The position numbers and the translations under genes were made by a program. A stretch of 64,000 nt of DNA from a virus: positions 96,001 through 160,000 of IMG/VR virus record IMGVR_UViG_3300042923_000502. One strand, given 5' to 3'. Positions 63,601 to 64,000 of this stretch are shown in pieces (the stretch's first letter is position 1; every line of letters starts with the position of its first letter). The notes below the pieces were generated by a model. It had not been told where the DNA came from. It saw nothing but the letters and a program-made list of their open reading frames with translations, and made no database searches.

Positions 63601-64000
63601 TTTTTGACTAAATATTCTAGTAGAATTAGAAGCTTCATCAACCTTCACTTTGAAATTGGCAAACTTACCATTCCCAATGTCAATTTGAGCATTCAGTGTT
63701 GCTACAGCTTTTCCAGCACTATTAATTTTAACATGATCCAAGTTGAAGTTACTAGCACTTGCTGTTCCACCAAGACCACTACTTGCCATATAGCTATTGA
63801 TCTTAGGGAGAGCGCTTCCAATAATTGAACTTGCACTAGAATTTATATTTAATCCGCTTGAGTCTCCTACAACAGTTCTTCCAAGAGTATTATGAGTTTT
63901 TATGTATGCTTTTTGTTGACGAACAATTTCATCCGTTAAAGTCTTGTTTTTAGCTATTTCTTCCTCAATGCCCTTTAATGTTTTAGCTCTTAACGTATGA
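57640..64000 (-). CDS. tape measure protein with lytic transglycosylase (SLT) domain; 5'-truncated
   Basis: Frame stays open from 63789 to the window end; TP901-type TMP core; AESSYNPNAKSGAGAAGLMQLMP and AYNAGPG. Confidence 0.9.
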   Translation of the reverse strand, partial: HTLRAKTLKGIEEEIAKNKTLTDEIVRQQKAYIKTHNTLGRTVVGDSSGLNINSSASSIIGSALPKINSYMASSGLGGTASASNFNLDHVKINSAGKAVATLNAQIDIGNGKFANFKVKVDEASNSTRIFSQKITEAKKANLSFMDQLKTAMSRIPIWMIGMTAFYQSLHFFTDGIAYVNDFNKALTQLSIVFNQSQSEVEKYSKQFYELGMAMSISTEEIANGAVEFARQGLKGAEMMDKMRVATMYAKISNMDFNQSAQILTATVNSMGVSAERAADIYSYMGDATATGADEIGVAMQKVGGTAGAIGLEFEKVSSWIATISSRTRESASTIGNSVKSIIARVQSLRENGFDEEDGTQVNQVSKALAQVGIQLIDTQGNFRNFGTVMDELGAKWGSLTNRQKNYLATTVAGSYQQSRFLNIMEGYPESVALYEASLDSAGTATEKFNKYQEGTEAHLTRMKNAWNEIFQSSFDSEGIRNVIDMITTLGQTINSAVEQFGLFPIVLGIATTAALIFSKAFRTGIYGAMIPSVALFKKISYETQFLGLRLKEAAVSMTTTAGAINVLKVSLNGLKIALAAVTPMLVIFAAGFAIQKVIEMVQKHKEAVKELKTVNYSLRDSYMEQRTGLKALRDEYNTLMATEDKTIEQKNRLLDIQNELVKTYGVTATGVDAEGNSYVNSQSAIEDRIEILTDLIKVQNELNKAKVVGNYSDNTKNINDKKASYEENQKALLELQEQEKEYLNGKKTRTVNVPTSFGETVPVEVETDIEEINRAKTKVLTELEKSKSELDSATADRINAIKVEYNTRLEEAGKSVTNEQRKFAETLADVVGQMDGQSFITFDGQVDYLEDYYKKLEEIGVRSTDQLKSLFVDNGIEYSTDNVMKFKEILNVLSTDQYKNMDITEKQTKIYDQFASQIGLSSQTFSKIVEAMSGGEKVFPEIADDAKNAGVNINSFATSLDALKEKYDDTSSVVQSLNGLLQANAEGKALSADTVMDLIAKDSSLVSMFKIENGVIKMNTKAVEEKRLALIQAVRDEGVAQRQSVISQNSALVAKLEAYGIEVNAIQSVGEALDIINTKTAQMVYLARKMNEGDLVESLTEDGKTLADFVKTLEDLKNQAQFGADSLEILGDATEETTESVTKLQKAINDVDSALDKLNSQQQMYAKSSKEYRESVRKEIKLLEDKKKLLLEAAKNPSLLVPATTTTTNSTFTSTNFKSGTGVKSSGNIKDIITQAANNNGVDASILDAIAWAESSYNPNAKSGAGAAGLMQLMPKTAKGLGVTNVYDPTQSANGGAKYLSQMYDKYGSYELALAAYNAGPGYVDWAMKVTGSKDWNVLKNAKADTAKLNRSVGDNIFKSETLNYVPKVVDYAQKGSGAKSSNTNTTSSTKTTSTTTNTKDSKAIEDASKNIEKQLIDVDAEIFAGNRDILDSYLAQYENQLASKDESISQSDYKMARLDPNSPKYNTELKNQITQLEAKQKLMHDEAELIRNSGIESDDLTQKTLELSQAWRDAQDQITAINDQMADNSLIKYEESISSINNELSMSTARLATYDQESKEYRNEIQKQIAINQKLKKATENEATAIRAILKENEKSHKLSVEQVNNYKNKLKELSITWWDIEGAIVQSTNALKDFNENVADKAIDLLKEMYEKQKDAIIDAIEEQDEALEKAHEKEMDRIDEKLEADQKIIDSKIKQLEFDKSENDYQKSLNDKIKERQELQDKINRLSMDDSREGKAQLKTLLEQRNDIDEQIQGMKDDHSLEAQKTDLENQKTALEEKAEAEKEAWTMSVELWDAKTQQMVTITGKSYDEMKDIIEDYKDNANDYFENIANNEIYWSNLKKDIESGNITEIQSKLGGLKGWFDTNLPLLGQTIYDNVTVKLKEVIDNLKMIRNEASIVAEMQANSAKWATATSEEKKALEAANNALGESIGATKTSGGVWLDSNGNPLYGGTATSSNYSSVIAQMKANAQEWHTASKDRQKELVALNEKLGASIGLTKKADGHWYDKSGVQVLHKGGIVGGNGNALTKTVEQFMNTDANEQVVLALKDELMSPSTNIQSKFIPNLGKLVSSLGSNVVTTGGNTYNINIDSVIGDEKGADTVASRIVNAIKKLGQKR

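Noticed and set aside
579-63828. Many 60-270-aa antisense or alternate-frame ORFs in the track (e.g. 1774..2448 -, 23920..24738 -, 48513..49067 -, 48568..49119 +)
   Set aside because: They overlap well-supported genes, lack RBSs and read like shadow frames of biased or repetitive coding sequence

Overview
AT-rich 64-kb segment of a large tailed phage or prophage of Bacillales. It is distantly SPbeta-like (primase, RecJ, DnaE, class Ib RNR, SLT-bearing tape measure), and a stalk-domain protein plus XkdW/CD1375 genes suggest a Paenibacillus-like host (inference). The rightward arm (1-36689) carries replication and nucleotide-metabolism genes (primase, recJ, nrdI-nrdE-nrdF with a group I intron in nrdE, dut, thioredoxin, thyA, DHFR, dnaE, gmk, rusA), about 50 small accessory genes, a small alarmone-hydrolase-like HD gene and a three-gene NAD+ salvage operon (NAMPT, NMNAT, Nudix). 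The leftward arm (36753-64000) carries the lysis cassette, several tail fibre/adhesin genes, Tal, Dit and a tape measure protein that runs off the window end, interrupted by one opposite-strand moron. Six probable homing endonucleases are present. The most notable non-coding structure is an asymmetric 17-bp box (ACAARTGNMAGATAAAA) found about 20 times, always oriented with transcription and mostly inside or next to near-consensus sigmaA promoters. Three of those promoters are followed at once by terminator-like hairpins. There are also three perfect ATAGATAAAA-N6-TTTTATCTAT palindromes, a candidate ~120-nt structured RNA upstream of dut, and a loopless 64-bp palindrome at the arm junction. All protein calls come from motif recognition by eye; no database search or folding program was run.
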